DNA from: Candidatus Cloacimonadales bacterium
GTDB taxonomy: Bacteria; Cloacimonadota; Cloacimonadia; Cloacimonadales; JAFGVF01
Length of the DNA: 64,000 bases
Assembly (NCBI GenBank): GCA_963663475.2
Contig: CAXXJV010000001.1
Span: 640,001 to 704,000, forward strand
Direction of reading: 5' to 3'
This document shows, piece after piece, positions 42,460 to 52,461 of this stretch; within the stretch, counting starts at the first letter, position 1; every line of letters begins with the position of its first letter. The notes beneath the pieces are model-generated. The model did not search any database and was not told the origin of the DNA. It saw only the letters and a list, made by a program, of their open reading frames with translations. A program made the position numbers and the translations under genes.

Positions 42460-42534
42460 GAAAAAACTTGACATAGCTAACTTATTGACTATTATTATAT
42501 TATATTTCATTAATCAAATATTAAAGGAGATAAT

Positions 42535-42987
42535 ATGAATAATAGTGTAAATATATTTACACCTGAACAAAAACCTACGGACGAAGAGTATACGAGAATT
42601 GCAAACTTTTTAAAAGAACATTTAGAAGAATATGGTGATGCACTGGCTGATATTAAAAAGGCTATGGATTTTGCCTTAACTAAAGACAATTCCTTTGGTG
42701 GAAAAATAATAGTTAAATACCTTGATAATCAAATAGTTGGTGCTGTTGTCCTTAATCAAACAGGAATGAAAGATTATATTCCTGAGAATATCCTAGTCTA
42801 TATAGCTGTCCATCGTGATTACCGAGGTCGCAAACTTGGTAAAGAATTAATGAACAAAGCTGTTGAAATTTCTGCTGGTAATATTGCCCTGCATGTTGAG
42901 CCTGATAACCCTGCTAAATTTCTTTATGAAAAAATTGGTTTTACTAATAAATACTTAGAAATGAGATACCAAAGAGAGGGAAAATAA
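42535..42987 (+). CDS. GNAT family N-acetyltransferase
   Basis: IAVH..YRGRKLGK.L, LHVE..NPA..LYEK.GF. Confidence 0.9.
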   Translation: MNNSVNIFTPEQKPTDEEYTRIANFLKEHLEEYGDALADIKKAMDFALTKDNSFGGKIIVKYLDNQIVGAVVLNQTGMKDYIPENILVYIAVHRDYRGRKLGKELMNKAVEISAGNIALHVEPDNPAKFLYEKIGFTNKYLEMRYQREGK

Positions 42988-44063
42988 TGGCTTACTTAGA
43001 GATGAATGTAGAGTCTTTAAAATATAACTACCAATACCTAGATAAAATTTTCACTGAAAATGATATTAAATGGTCTATTGTGACTAAAGTACTATGTGGA
43101 AATAAAACCTTTCTAACAGAACTACTTAAGTTGGGTATGACTGAAGTTTGCGACTCCAGAATCTCTAATTTGAAGAATATCAAAGCCATAAATAATAAAA
43201 TTGAAACAATTTATATCAAACCTCCTTCCAAAAGAGATGTTCCTAATATTGTAAAATATGCGGATATAAGCGTTAATACAGAAATTTCTACTATCAGAGC
43301 CTTGGCTAGAGCTGCTAAAAAGCAAAATAAGACCCATAAAATTATTATTATGATTGAGATGGGTGAGCTGAGAGAAGGTGTCTTAAGAGATGATTTTATC
43401 GACTTCTATGAAAAAGTCTTCAAACTTGACAATATCAAGGTTGTGGGGATAGGAACTAACTTCTCCTGCCTTTATGGTGTCTTACCAAATCCTGATAAAC
43501 TTATTCAATTATCCTTATATGAACAGCTTATCGAAGCAAAATTTAACAGACAGATTCCATATGTGTCTGGTGGTAGCTCTGTGGTATTCCCTCTAGTTCT
43601 TAATGGAACCCTTCCTAAGGGGATTAACCATTTCCGCCTAGGTGAAACCCTTTATTTGGGCACAAATGTCTATAATGATAGTAAAATAAAAGATATGGCC
43701 CACGATATTTTTACCCTGCATGTGGAAATTATCGAGCTTATTGAAAAGCCTAAAGTTCCTACAGGTAACTTCGGAACTAACTTAGAAGGACATTCCTATG
43801 ACTTTGATCCGGCTGATGCTTCTGATACTTCCTATCGGGCTATTATTGGTCTAGGACTCCTTGATGTAGATGATAAACACCTCTGGTGTGATGATAAATC
43901 CTTGGAATTCGTGGGAGCTAGCTCTGATATGATTGTTATGGATTTGAAAAATAATCCTAAGAAATATAAGGTTGGTGATGAACTTACCTTTAGTATGGAC
44001 TATATGGGCTTGCTTAAACTTATGAATTCTAAATATATAGATAAGAAGGTTGTGAATAACTAG
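42987..44063 (+). CDS. Alanine/ornithine racemase family PLP-dependent enzyme
   Basis: VTK, DSRISN, MGELREG, GIGTNFSC, SGGSS, GASSD; TAATG overlap with the GNAT gene. Confidence 0.88.
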   Translation: MAYLEMNVESLKYNYQYLDKIFTENDIKWSIVTKVLCGNKTFLTELLKLGMTEVCDSRISNLKNIKAINNKIETIYIKPPSKRDVPNIVKYADISVNTEISTIRALARAAKKQNKTHKIIIMIEMGELREGVLRDDFIDFYEKVFKLDNIKVVGIGTNFSCLYGVLPNPDKLIQLSLYEQLIEAKFNRQIPYVSGGSSVVFPLVLNGTLPKGINHFRLGETLYLGTNVYNDSKIKDMAHDIFTLHVEIIELIEKPKVPTGNFGTNLEGHSYDFDPADASDTSYRAIIGLGLLDVDDKHLWCDDKSLEFVGASSDMIVMDLKNNPKKYKVGDELTFSMDYMGLLKLMNSKYIDKKVVNN

Positions 44064-44144
44064 ACCGAGGATAGCTGGTTTTAAGAAGAAAGATGGTTCA
44101 AACTGTTATGTCGAGCAAGCTGATCACATTTTCAGTATGAACCT

Positions 44145-44622
44145 TCTTTCTCTCCATCTCTCTATCACTCCGTCACCACGTCTTTGAGCCGAAAGGCGAA
44201 AACCTTCTCTTGTAGGCAGTTCTTTACTGCCTACTGCGGGCAAGGATGCCCGCCTTCCCAGTTAGTCCCGCGACCCAATCCGTAACCGCTTTATTATCTG
44301 CATAAGCGCGGGCTGGAATCCCGCGACCCAAATACGGGCAGACTTTTAGCAAGCTAATTTTTTCCTAAACTCTGTGTAACTCTGTGATTACCTCTGTGAA
44401 CTCTGTGTTAAGGTTCTTAAAAAATCCGTGAAATTCGTGAAATCCGTGGATAGATTTCTTTTGTAGGCAGTATTATACTGCCTACTGCGGGCAAGGATGC
44501 CCGCCTTCCCAGTTAGTCCCGCATCCCAGTTAGAATCTTCTTATTTTTCACTTTTCATTTTTAATTCTTCATTCTTGCGAAGCAAGCATACCCGCCTTCC
44601 CAGTTAATGCCGAAAGGTGAAA
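44145..44622. repeat. REP-like mosaic between convergent genes
   Basis: Same modules as 30740-31300 in minus orientation. Confidence 0.85.
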
Positions 44623-44623
44623 A

Positions 44624-45241
44624 TCATTTCAAGACACTAATCGTAATTCCATCACCCACTGGTAGGATAGTAGATTCCAGCAAGGGGTGTTTCATAACAT
44701 AATGGTTATATTCATCCATAGGTTTTGCTAATCTATCTTTAAAGCCAAGGGGTATAAAGAGTGTATCATCGGCATAGATAAGTCCTTTAGGGTTGAGAAG
44801 ATTAATACAATCATCGATGATTTTATTATAGAGAGGTTTATTGGAATCAATAATAATGATATCATATTTTTCTTTTTGTTCTTTAACAAAGTCAAGGGCA
44901 TCACCATTAACCACATCAATAATATCTTCTAAACCTGCACTTTTTATATTTTCAATATTTTCTTTTACAAATCTATGATCAATTTCGATTGTAGTTAAGT
45001 GGCCATTAGTTTGGCGTAAGGCTTGTCCAGCCCAAATTGCAGAATAGCCAAGACAGGTTCCTATCTCTAAAACTCGCTTAGCATCCTTAAGTATAATAAA
45101 GCAGGAGAGTAATTTAGCCCCCTGTTTAGTAATATTAGGTTGGACATTGATTCTTGTCTGATGAGCCTCTTCTAGACTTATCAGAAGGTCATTAGGATAG
45201 TCTATAAATGCATCAATATAGTCATTAATTTTATCTTTCAT
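44624..45241 (-). CDS. SAM-dependent O-methyltransferase (TrmR/caffeoyl-CoA OMT-like)
   Basis: VLEIGT..GYS, GDAL, DIIIID..K, PVGDG. Confidence 0.88.
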   Translation of the reverse strand: MKDKINDYIDAFIDYPNDLLISLEEAHQTRINVQPNITKQGAKLLSCFIILKDAKRVLEIGTCLGYSAIWAGQALRQTNGHLTTIEIDHRFVKENIENIKSAGLEDIIDVVNGDALDFVKEQKEKYDIIIIDSNKPLYNKIIDDCINLLNPKGLIYADDTLFIPLGFKDRLAKPMDEYNHYVMKHPLLESTILPVGDGITISVLK

Positions 45242-45509
45242 AAGGTCCTCAACTGTAATTTATAAATTATTTTATTGACATTTAGTTAATTATTCAAAAT
45301 ATTTACCATTATGTAATAGTAAGGTAACTCATTGATAGAGTTTAGTACATCATTTTAGTATGTCATAAACTGACAACTAATTTTTGAAATATTAATGAGC
45401 AGTCTTTACTAGACTTGGACTATAAATTTTGGAAGGAATATATGTAAGAGGGTAATAGGTCTATAGTTACGCCTTAATTTGCCTAATACATAATTAAATA
45501 ATAACACTA

Positions 45510-45673
45510 AACCAGATAGTTTAGTAGAGCTTTGGTGAAGAGTGCAGATTATTCTAGCAAAATAGCTTACAGAATTTTGACGCATATAATTTTATATTCG
45601 GAGAAATTATGCAAGTTACTTTTGCAGAAGAACATAGTACTATTCATAAAGATCTACTGCATTATTTTGGTTA
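45510..45673. repeat. ~165-bp MITE-like element, copy 2
   Basis: Near-identical to 7301-7465. Confidence 0.75.
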
Positions 45674-45693
45674 AACCCAGATAGGTAATCATA

Positions 45694-47037
45694 ATGGAAA
45701 AATCAAGAATTCTGATAGCTGATGATGACTATATTTTTTGTGAATTAACTAAGTATATCTTAACTGAGAATAATTTTGATGTGGTTTTAGCTAATAACAG
45801 TGATACAGCAATCAAATATATCAAGGAAAATCCCTGTGATTTAATATTATTAGATCTACATTTTCCTGATTATCAAACAGGTATTAGTAGCCTAGAGAGT
45901 CTTCATACTAGCAATAAAGATATCCCAATTATAATTATTACCAGCGATAATCTGGGCTTGGTCAATAGGTTTCCTGATTTAGTAAGGAAGGGAGCTTATG
46001 ATGTTATTGAAAAGCCAATTCAAGAAGAAAGGCTAATCTTAACTCTCAAAAATGCTCTAAATCATTATAGTTTAAAAAATAAGAAAGCCCTTCATCCTAA
46101 GGCAGAATTTCTTTATCTACTAGGAAACTCCAATCAAATAAGAAAGGTTAGAGAAAAGGTTGAGAACCAACTTAACACAGAGAATAATTTAATTATTTAT
46201 GGAGATAAAGGGACTGGTATCAAGAATATCATCAACAAACTGCATGATAATTCTTCCAGATCAACTAAGAAGATATACACTATTGAGTGTTCAAAATTAA
46301 CCAATAAAGATATGGAGATTGAGTTATTTGGACATCCAACAGAAAGAAATTATGAAAAAAAGTTTAGAGAACTAAAAATTATCCAAGCAGAGAAGTCTTT
46401 TTTTGTGATTAATGATCTTCATTTAATGCCCTTAAAGATTCAAGAAAAGTTGGCTAGAACTCTCCAAGGAAGAAAACTTAAAAATCTGGGCGGGAGAAGT
46501 CTTGAAAATATTGATGTTAAATTAATCTTAACAACAAGCAAGAAGAATTATAGTAAGCCTTTTTCCCCTAATCTCTGCCCACTCCTGGTTAATTTATGTG
46601 AAGATGAACTAATCTTACCTTCACTTGAAGAAAGAGTAGAGGATATTCCTTTATTAGTTAAACATCTGATAAATTCCTATAACCAGACAACTGATTTACA
46701 TGTTACTATTCAGCCTTCAGCCTTAAAAAACCTAGTTAATCACAAATGGAAGAATAATGTTACTGAACTTCAAAAAGTAATGCTTAGAATTTTACATGAA
46801 ATAGATAGTAATGAAATAACTAACAAAGATATTATTTTTAATGAAGAATCAGTGGAATATTTTATACCTTTAACTTTTAAAGAAGCTATTAGAAATTATG
46901 AAAAAATATATTTAGAGCAAATTATGAATTACCATGATTGGTCTTTAAATGATGCTGCCAAAACATTAAATATCGATAGATCAAATCTCTTTAAAAAGTT
47001 ACAAAGACATGGTATAAAAATAAGAAAAAAACGCTAA
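45694..47037 (+). CDS. NtrC-like response regulator with degenerate AAA+ domain and Fis-type HTH
   Basis: Receiver ADDD/LLD/K; LPSLEERVEDIP, W.NNV.EL; HTH AAKTLNIDRSNL; Walker A, GAFTGA and Walker B degenerate. Confidence 0.85.
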   Translation: MEKSRILIADDDYIFCELTKYILTENNFDVVLANNSDTAIKYIKENPCDLILLDLHFPDYQTGISSLESLHTSNKDIPIIIITSDNLGLVNRFPDLVRKGAYDVIEKPIQEERLILTLKNALNHYSLKNKKALHPKAEFLYLLGNSNQIRKVREKVENQLNTENNLIIYGDKGTGIKNIINKLHDNSSRSTKKIYTIECSKLTNKDMEIELFGHPTERNYEKKFRELKIIQAEKSFFVINDLHLMPLKIQEKLARTLQGRKLKNLGGRSLENIDVKLILTTSKKNYSKPFSPNLCPLLVNLCEDELILPSLEERVEDIPLLVKHLINSYNQTTDLHVTIQPSALKNLVNHKWKNNVTELQKVMLRILHEIDSNEITNKDIIFNEESVEYFIPLTFKEAIRNYEKIYLEQIMNYHDWSLNDAAKTLNIDRSNLFKKLQRHGIKIRKKR

Positions 47038-47048
47038 ATCTCCTTGTT

Positions 47049-47420
47049 TTATCCACAAGTTATCCACATAGGTTAAAAATAAAGAATCTCCTGCTTTTTT
47101 ACCATAGTTAAACTATTAAATATTAGTAGATTATAAAAATTCCTAAGGAAATATTAAAAGGAGGAAAAACTTATTCTTTCGTTACTTTTCCACACTAGTG
47201 GATAAGTATATGTGAATACTTAAGGATAAGTAGAGAATTAGATTAAATATACTCAGAGAGAAGTGTATAAATAAGGATAACTTTTACCCTTATCCACAAG
47301 TTATCCTCAATTACAATGAATTTTAAGAGGCTTATTTTGCAGTTTCTTATAATTTCTCTTGACGACTTATCCATATATCCACACAGACTACTACTAATAC
47401 TAATTAATAAAAAGAAAAGG
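47049..47420. other. Putative replication origin (oriC): DnaA boxes, DnaA-trios, AT-rich DUE
   Basis: TTATCCACA at 47049, 47060 and 47290; TTTTCCACA 47186; AGTGGATAA 47197; TTATCCTCA 47301; TTATCCATA/ATATCCACA 47367-47383 followed by CTACTACTAATACTAAT. Confidence 0.75.
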
Positions 47421-47429
47421 TAATATAAT

Positions 47430-48665
47430 ATGTATTTAATGATTAAGAGACTTTTATTTTGGCTGACTTTTACACTTGTTCTATTTGCTTGTAATAACAA
47501 AGAAAATAACATTAATATTACTCAGTCAGACCTGCATCCAATGTCAGGACAATTCACTTCCTTCTCTCAAGAATTTTCTTTCAAAGACCAAATTGATGTT
47601 AATGGAGAAAACTACAAACTTCTTATAGCAAATACAGAAGAAATTCAATCACAAGCTGTAATTTCTTTTGCCTACCTACCAGAAAATGTTGAATATATAG
47701 CAAATGCTACTTTAACTCTTTATACTGATTTAAAACCTTATGGTGATATGGAATTCAAAATTAAGAGATTAGAACAAGATTATTTAGAATCTGAAGCAAA
47801 CTGGCTACAAGCAAGTCAAGATGTAGATTGGGATGAAAATCTTATTTTTACTAGTCAAACTCCCCCTATAACCCTTACTGATACTATTGCTGCTTCCCTA
47901 GATTCTCTAGTTTTTAATATTCCAGCTGATGAGATAAAGACTTGGACTCAAACCGACCAAACCCTCTTTTCCTTAATAATATATACAGATTCAGATAATT
48001 ATATAGAAATTTATTCTTCAGAAAACTCTAAAAACCCTGTCTTAAAATTCAACTATATGCTAAATAGTGAAACTGAAGAGAAGACCTATGAGAGAAATGC
48101 CTTCAAGGATACCTATATTGTTAATGATAAGCAGGAAACAGACCAAACATGGTCTTCAATACTAACTATAGGTAATATGCCTCCTAAGAGGGCTTATTTT
48201 AAGTTTGACGTAGATACTGATATGATTGCAAGTGGAAGTGACCAAACTTTAACAGACTTTCAAAAAGAACATATTACTATAAATAGTGCTTATGTGAGAT
48301 TCTATGTAAAAGATTTTTCCTTCTTTGAAGGGAATAGAAATGTTTATATTACTCCTTGGAGAGTTAAAGAAGAGATTAGTCAGGCCTCAAATATTGATTC
48401 TGATATGCTTGAATACTTGGTTAATACTGGTACTAGCCTAGCTACTATTAAGTCTAACCCAGATTCTACTCAGTATATCGATGTGAAAATAACCCCTATT
48501 TTACAAGGCTTTATAACAGGTGAAAAAGATAACTTCGGAATTGTTATGACTTCATCATATCAGTCTAGTAACTTCGATCAAATTGAGCTGTGGGGTAAGG
48601 ATGCGGAAGATGCAGACTTAAGACCTAAGGTGCATTTTATCTATACGCTACCTATGGAGGAGTAG
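47430..48665 (+). CDS. Putative lipoprotein (DNRLRE/DUF4270-like beta-sandwich repeats)
   Basis: Lipobox LFAC; ATLTLY, EANW, SSE....PVL, RPKV. Confidence 0.55.
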   Translation: MYLMIKRLLFWLTFTLVLFACNNKENNINITQSDLHPMSGQFTSFSQEFSFKDQIDVNGENYKLLIANTEEIQSQAVISFAYLPENVEYIANATLTLYTDLKPYGDMEFKIKRLEQDYLESEANWLQASQDVDWDENLIFTSQTPPITLTDTIAASLDSLVFNIPADEIKTWTQTDQTLFSLIIYTDSDNYIEIYSSENSKNPVLKFNYMLNSETEEKTYERNAFKDTYIVNDKQETDQTWSSILTIGNMPPKRAYFKFDVDTDMIASGSDQTLTDFQKEHITINSAYVRFYVKDFSFFEGNRNVYITPWRVKEEISQASNIDSDMLEYLVNTGTSLATIKSNPDSTQYIDVKITPILQGFITGEKDNFGIVMTSSYQSSNFDQIELWGKDAEDADLRPKVHFIYTLPMEE

Positions 48666-49399
48666 GTTTTCGCCTTTCGGCTCAAAGATGCTTGCTTGGC
48701 AAGAATGAAGAATTAAAAATGAAAAGTGAAAAATAAGAAGAAAGAAGATTCTTTACACGAATTAACTCGAATTAAGACGAATTTCACGAATAAGAGGGTT
48801 TTCGCCTTTCGGCTCAAAGATGCTTGCTTGGCAAGAATGAAGAATTAAAAATGAAAAGTGAAAAATAAGAAGAAAGAAGATTCTTTACACGAATTAACTC
48901 GAATTAAGACGAATTTCACGAATAAGAGGATTTTCGCCTTTCGGCTCAAAGACGGGGTGATGGAGAGACAGGGTGATAGTGAGAAAGAAGATTCTAACTG
49001 TGTGCGGGACTAACTGGGAAGGCGGGCATCCTTGCCCGCAGTAGGCAGTATAATACTGCCTACAAGAGAAGTCTATCCACTGATTTCACGGATTTTTTAA
49101 GAACCTTAACACAGAGTTCACAGAGGTTATCACAGAGATTCACAGAGTTTTAATAAGGAAGAATAAGCCACCGAAAAAACCGATAATAATACGTGATTTA
49201 CCACAAAGGCACGAAGACACAAAAGGAAAAGAAGATTCTAACTGGGAATGCGGGACTAACTGGGAATGCGGGCATCCCTGCCCGCGGTTATGCAGATTAC
49301 AAGTGGTTACGGGAATGGGGCACGGGATTGTCTCTTAATTCCCCTTTCAGCTCGTAAGAGCGGTATGAGAGGGGTGCCGTAAGGCGGGGAGAGTAAACA
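48666..49399. repeat. REP-like mosaic including a 132-bp tandem duplication
   Basis: TTTTCGCCTTTCGGCTCAAAGA recurs with a 132-nt period (48667, 48799, 48931). Confidence 0.88.
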
Positions 49400-49461
49400 T
49401 GTGTCGTTCTGTGTCGTTCCATAAAAGTGGACTAGAAAATTAAACAAACTAGGAGCTTGAA

Positions 49462-49884
49462 ATGGAAAGAAAAAAGAATATGACTCATAAGATTCAAAAG
49501 ACCTATAGTGAAAGTTTTAAAATTAAAGTTGTTGACGAAATAGAGAAGGGAGATTTAACTCAAGCTGGAGCTTGTAGACTTTACAATATTTCAGATAGCA
49601 ATGTGAGTAGATGGGTTGCCAATTATGGTATGAATGAACGAGTGGGAAAAAAGGTGGTAGTTATGACCGATAGAGAAATACGTGAATCTGACCTTTTAAG
49701 GAAAGAGAATAAGCAGTTAAAACGAGCATTAGAAGATAGTCAGTTCTCCAACGAAGTTCTAGAGAAATATATTCATTATATTGCAGAACAAAATGGTATT
49801 GATTTAAAAAAAAAGATCGATTCAGGTTTATCAGAAGATACTCAAAAACTCTTGATTTCAAGGTTGCTAAAAGGTCAGGAATAA
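49462..49884 (+). CDS. IS3 transposase OrfA (HTH, leucine zipper)
   Basis: YSESFKIKVV...YNI....V.RW; LRKENKQLK; A9G slippery tract at 49806-49815. Confidence 0.9.
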   Translation: MERKKNMTHKIQKTYSESFKIKVVDEIEKGDLTQAGACRLYNISDSNVSRWVANYGMNERVGKKVVVMTDREIRESDLLRKENKQLKRALEDSQFSNEVLEKYIHYIAEQNGIDLKKKIDSGLSEDTQKLLISRLLKGQE

Positions 49885-49889
49885 GCCAA

Positions 49890-50675
49890 ATGTGTAGTTT
49901 ATTACAAGTATCTAAATCAGGTTACTATAAATATCTTCAAACTGTCTCCCAGAGTTCTACAAATGACTCCCTATGTCTTTCCAGAGTTAAACAATATAGA
50001 AAAATTCAGCCTTATGCAGGCACTTATAAATGTTGGAAAATGCTACATAATGATGGTTTTAAAATTGGGAGAAATCATCTTAACTGCCTGCTTAAAGAAC
50101 ATAATATGTTGATCAGGAAGAAGAAGAAATATTGCAAAACTTCAATATCAGATGGTAGTAAGGTATATCCTAATTTACTTAAAGATACCGAAGTAAAGAG
50201 GAAAAATCAAGTTTGGGTAACTGATATTACTTATATTTCTAAAGGCAAAGGGTTTTATTATTTGTTTTTGCTAAGTGATATGTATACTAGACAGATATTG
50301 GATTATGAAGTTTCTTCTAATATGTTGACTGATAATCATATAAGGATGTTAAAAAGACAGCTAAACCATGTTGATAATGCTAACGATCTTATTCATCATT
50401 CAGATCATGGTTCTCAATATACAAGTAATGAGACTATTAGCCTTCTGAAAAAGCATGGTATAAAGATTAGTATGACTGGTGATGGTAAATGCTATGATAA
50501 CCCTATTGCTGAAAGAATAAACTGCACAATGAAGCATGAATTTGGTTTAAATCGGACATTTAGCACTATAGAAAGTCTTAAAAAAGCTACTAAAGATGCA
50601 GTAATGATCTATAACTCTCAGAGACTTCACAAAAGTTTGGGGTATTTTACTCCAAATGATTTTGCAAATCATTAA
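49890..50675 (+). CDS. IS3 transposase OrfB (DDE integrase core), fused to OrfA by -1 frameshift
   Basis: WVTDITY, HHSDHGSQY, DNPIAER...MKHE, YN..RLH.SLG; the -1 frame is open from the A-tract to ATG 49890. Confidence 0.93.
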   Translation: MCSLLQVSKSGYYKYLQTVSQSSTNDSLCLSRVKQYRKIQPYAGTYKCWKMLHNDGFKIGRNHLNCLLKEHNMLIRKKKKYCKTSISDGSKVYPNLLKDTEVKRKNQVWVTDITYISKGKGFYYLFLLSDMYTRQILDYEVSSNMLTDNHIRMLKRQLNHVDNANDLIHHSDHGSQYTSNETISLLKKHGIKISMTGDGKCYDNPIAERINCTMKHEFGLNRTFSTIESLKKATKDAVMIYNSQRLHKSLGYFTPNDFANH

Positions 50676-50862
50676 AAGAGGTTACCAGATGATGAACAGA
50701 TACTTAGCTGAATGTATTTTCTTTTGGAAAATGCGACTAAATTACGAATGCAAAATGGAGTCGACAACAGAACTCAAAAGTATGAGTAAATGTCTCATTT
50801 TTCAAAAGAGATACATGACTCAGGATACATAAAAAAGGTGTCCACTATATTGGTACTTGACA

Positions 50863-51095
50863 ACATTCCCCTTTCCAGCCCGCGGTTACACAGATAATAA
50901 AGCGGTTACGGATTGGGTCGCGGGATTCTAGCCCGCGGTTACGCAGATAATAAAGCGGTTACGGATTGGGTCGCGGGATTAACTGGGAAGGCGGGCATCC
51001 TTGCCCGCAGTAGGCAGTATAGAACTGCCTACAAGAAGAAATTACAAGCACTCACACGTGCTTGTTGCGGGCAAGGATGCCCGCCTTCCCAGTTA
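50863..51095. repeat. Continuation of the REP mosaic interrupted by the IS
   Basis: CGCGGG/CCCGCG units and ACTGGGAAGGCGGGCATCCTTGCCCGC modules in both orientations. Confidence 0.85.
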
Positions 51096-51204
51096 ACCCA
51101 TCTCCCCATTACCAATAAAAAAATCTATCATTTGACAAAAATATCTTAATTATAATATTGTTAATCGACACGGTAAAATTGCAATAAAAGGAAAGAAAAT
51201 AAAT

Positions 51205-52461
51205 ATGAAAAGACAGGTTTTACTCATAATAATCTTGCTAGTTTCACTTATGGCAGGGGCAGAAGTTATAGACAGAATTATAGCTAAAGTAGGAAATGAC
51301 ATAATATTACAGTCTGATTTAGAAAAGCAAATAATGCAGATGCAAAACTCTGGTATGTTAGATGATACAATGACAGAGCAAGCCATTCTTGAACAGATGG
51401 TAGAATTCAAACTTGTAGTCCAAAAAGCTAAAGAATTAGATTATGTTGTAAATGAAGATCAAATTGCTGCCATGGCTCAAAGAAGGATAGAAGAAATTAG
51501 AAAAAACTTTGATTCCGAAACAGCCTTCCTAAATGAACTTAAAAAAAGTAATATGAATAGGTTTGACCTGCTTAATTATTTCAAAGATATGTTAAAAGAA
51601 CAATCTCTTAGAGAACAAGTTATTCGCTATGAAGTAGATTCCAAAATTCAAGTAAGTGATGAAGAAATTCAAGACTTCTATGATCAGCATATTGATGAAA
51701 TTCCCTTAAGACAAGCTTCCTACAAGTTAGGAATGATTCTTATGCAAATTAAAGCTAGTGATAAAACTAAAGAAAAAAGGTATGCAGAGTTAGAAGAAAT
51801 CCTTGAAAGAATTAGCAGAGGTGAATCTTTTGCAGAACTAGCAAAAAAATATAGTGACTGTGGTTCAGCTGCAGCTGGTGGAGATTTAGGTTACTTCGGA
51901 AGAGGGGAAATGGTTAAGAACTTTGAAAATACAGCCTTCTCCCTTAAACCAGGTCAGGTATCTGATATTATCGAAACTCAGTTTGGCTATCATATTATCA
52001 AACTTGAAGACATTAAAGAAAATCAAGTTAGGGCACGACATATCCTTAAAGACTTAACACCTACAAAGTTAGACTCTCTTGCCTACTACAAACTAATGCA
52101 AGAAATTGTGGAAAAATATCAACAAGGACAAGATTTTGCTTCATTGGCAAGACAGTATTCAGATGATCAAGCTTCAGCTCTCCAAGATGGTGTGATTGGT
52201 ATCTTCCCACATGGACAATACCCTCCTCTCTATGAAGAATATTTTAAAGACTTACAACTTGGTCAAATATCTGATATAATTCAAATTCAAGACATGTATT
52301 ATATTTTTGCTAATCTTGAAGATGTACCTGAAGGAGTCTATGAATTAGATGAGATAAAAGATAGGGTAAAAGAAATGGCCTTTATGGAAAAGAAACAAGC
52401 ATTTTACCAAGATTGGATAAAGCAAATTAAAAACGATATCTATGTTGAAATCACCTATTAA
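51205..52461 (+). CDS. surA: SurA-like peptidyl-prolyl isomerase
   Basis: IDRIIAKVG..IIL.SD; parvulin domain F.ELAKKYSD...GGDLG.F...M...FE..AF; second parvulin domain. Confidence 0.8.
   Translation: MKRQVLLIIILLVSLMAGAEVIDRIIAKVGNDIILQSDLEKQIMQMQNSGMLDDTMTEQAILEQMVEFKLVVQKAKELDYVVNEDQIAAMAQRRIEEIRKNFDSETAFLNELKKSNMNRFDLLNYFKDMLKEQSLREQVIRYEVDSKIQVSDEEIQDFYDQHIDEIPLRQASYKLGMILMQIKASDKTKEKRYAELEEILERISRGESFAELAKKYSDCGSAAAGGDLGYFGRGEMVKNFENTAFSLKPGQVSDIIETQFGYHIIKLEDIKENQVRARHILKDLTPTKLDSLAYYKLMQEIVEKYQQGQDFASLARQYSDDQASALQDGVIGIFPHGQYPPLYEEYFKDLQLGQISDIIQIQDMYYIFANLEDVPEGVYELDEIKDRVKEMAFMEKKQAFYQDWIKQIKNDIYVEITY

Larger units (their letters stand above)
49400..50862 (+). mobile_element. IS3-family insertion sequence
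   Basis: TG...CA ends, imperfect IRs sharing AGTGGAC, 3-bp TSD ACA (49397-99 / 50863-65); empty site visible at ~25431-25460. Confidence 0.93.

Noticed and set aside
47243-47512. 89-aa minus-strand ORF
   Set aside because: Overlaps the DnaA boxes/DUE and the lipoprotein start; low-complexity translation
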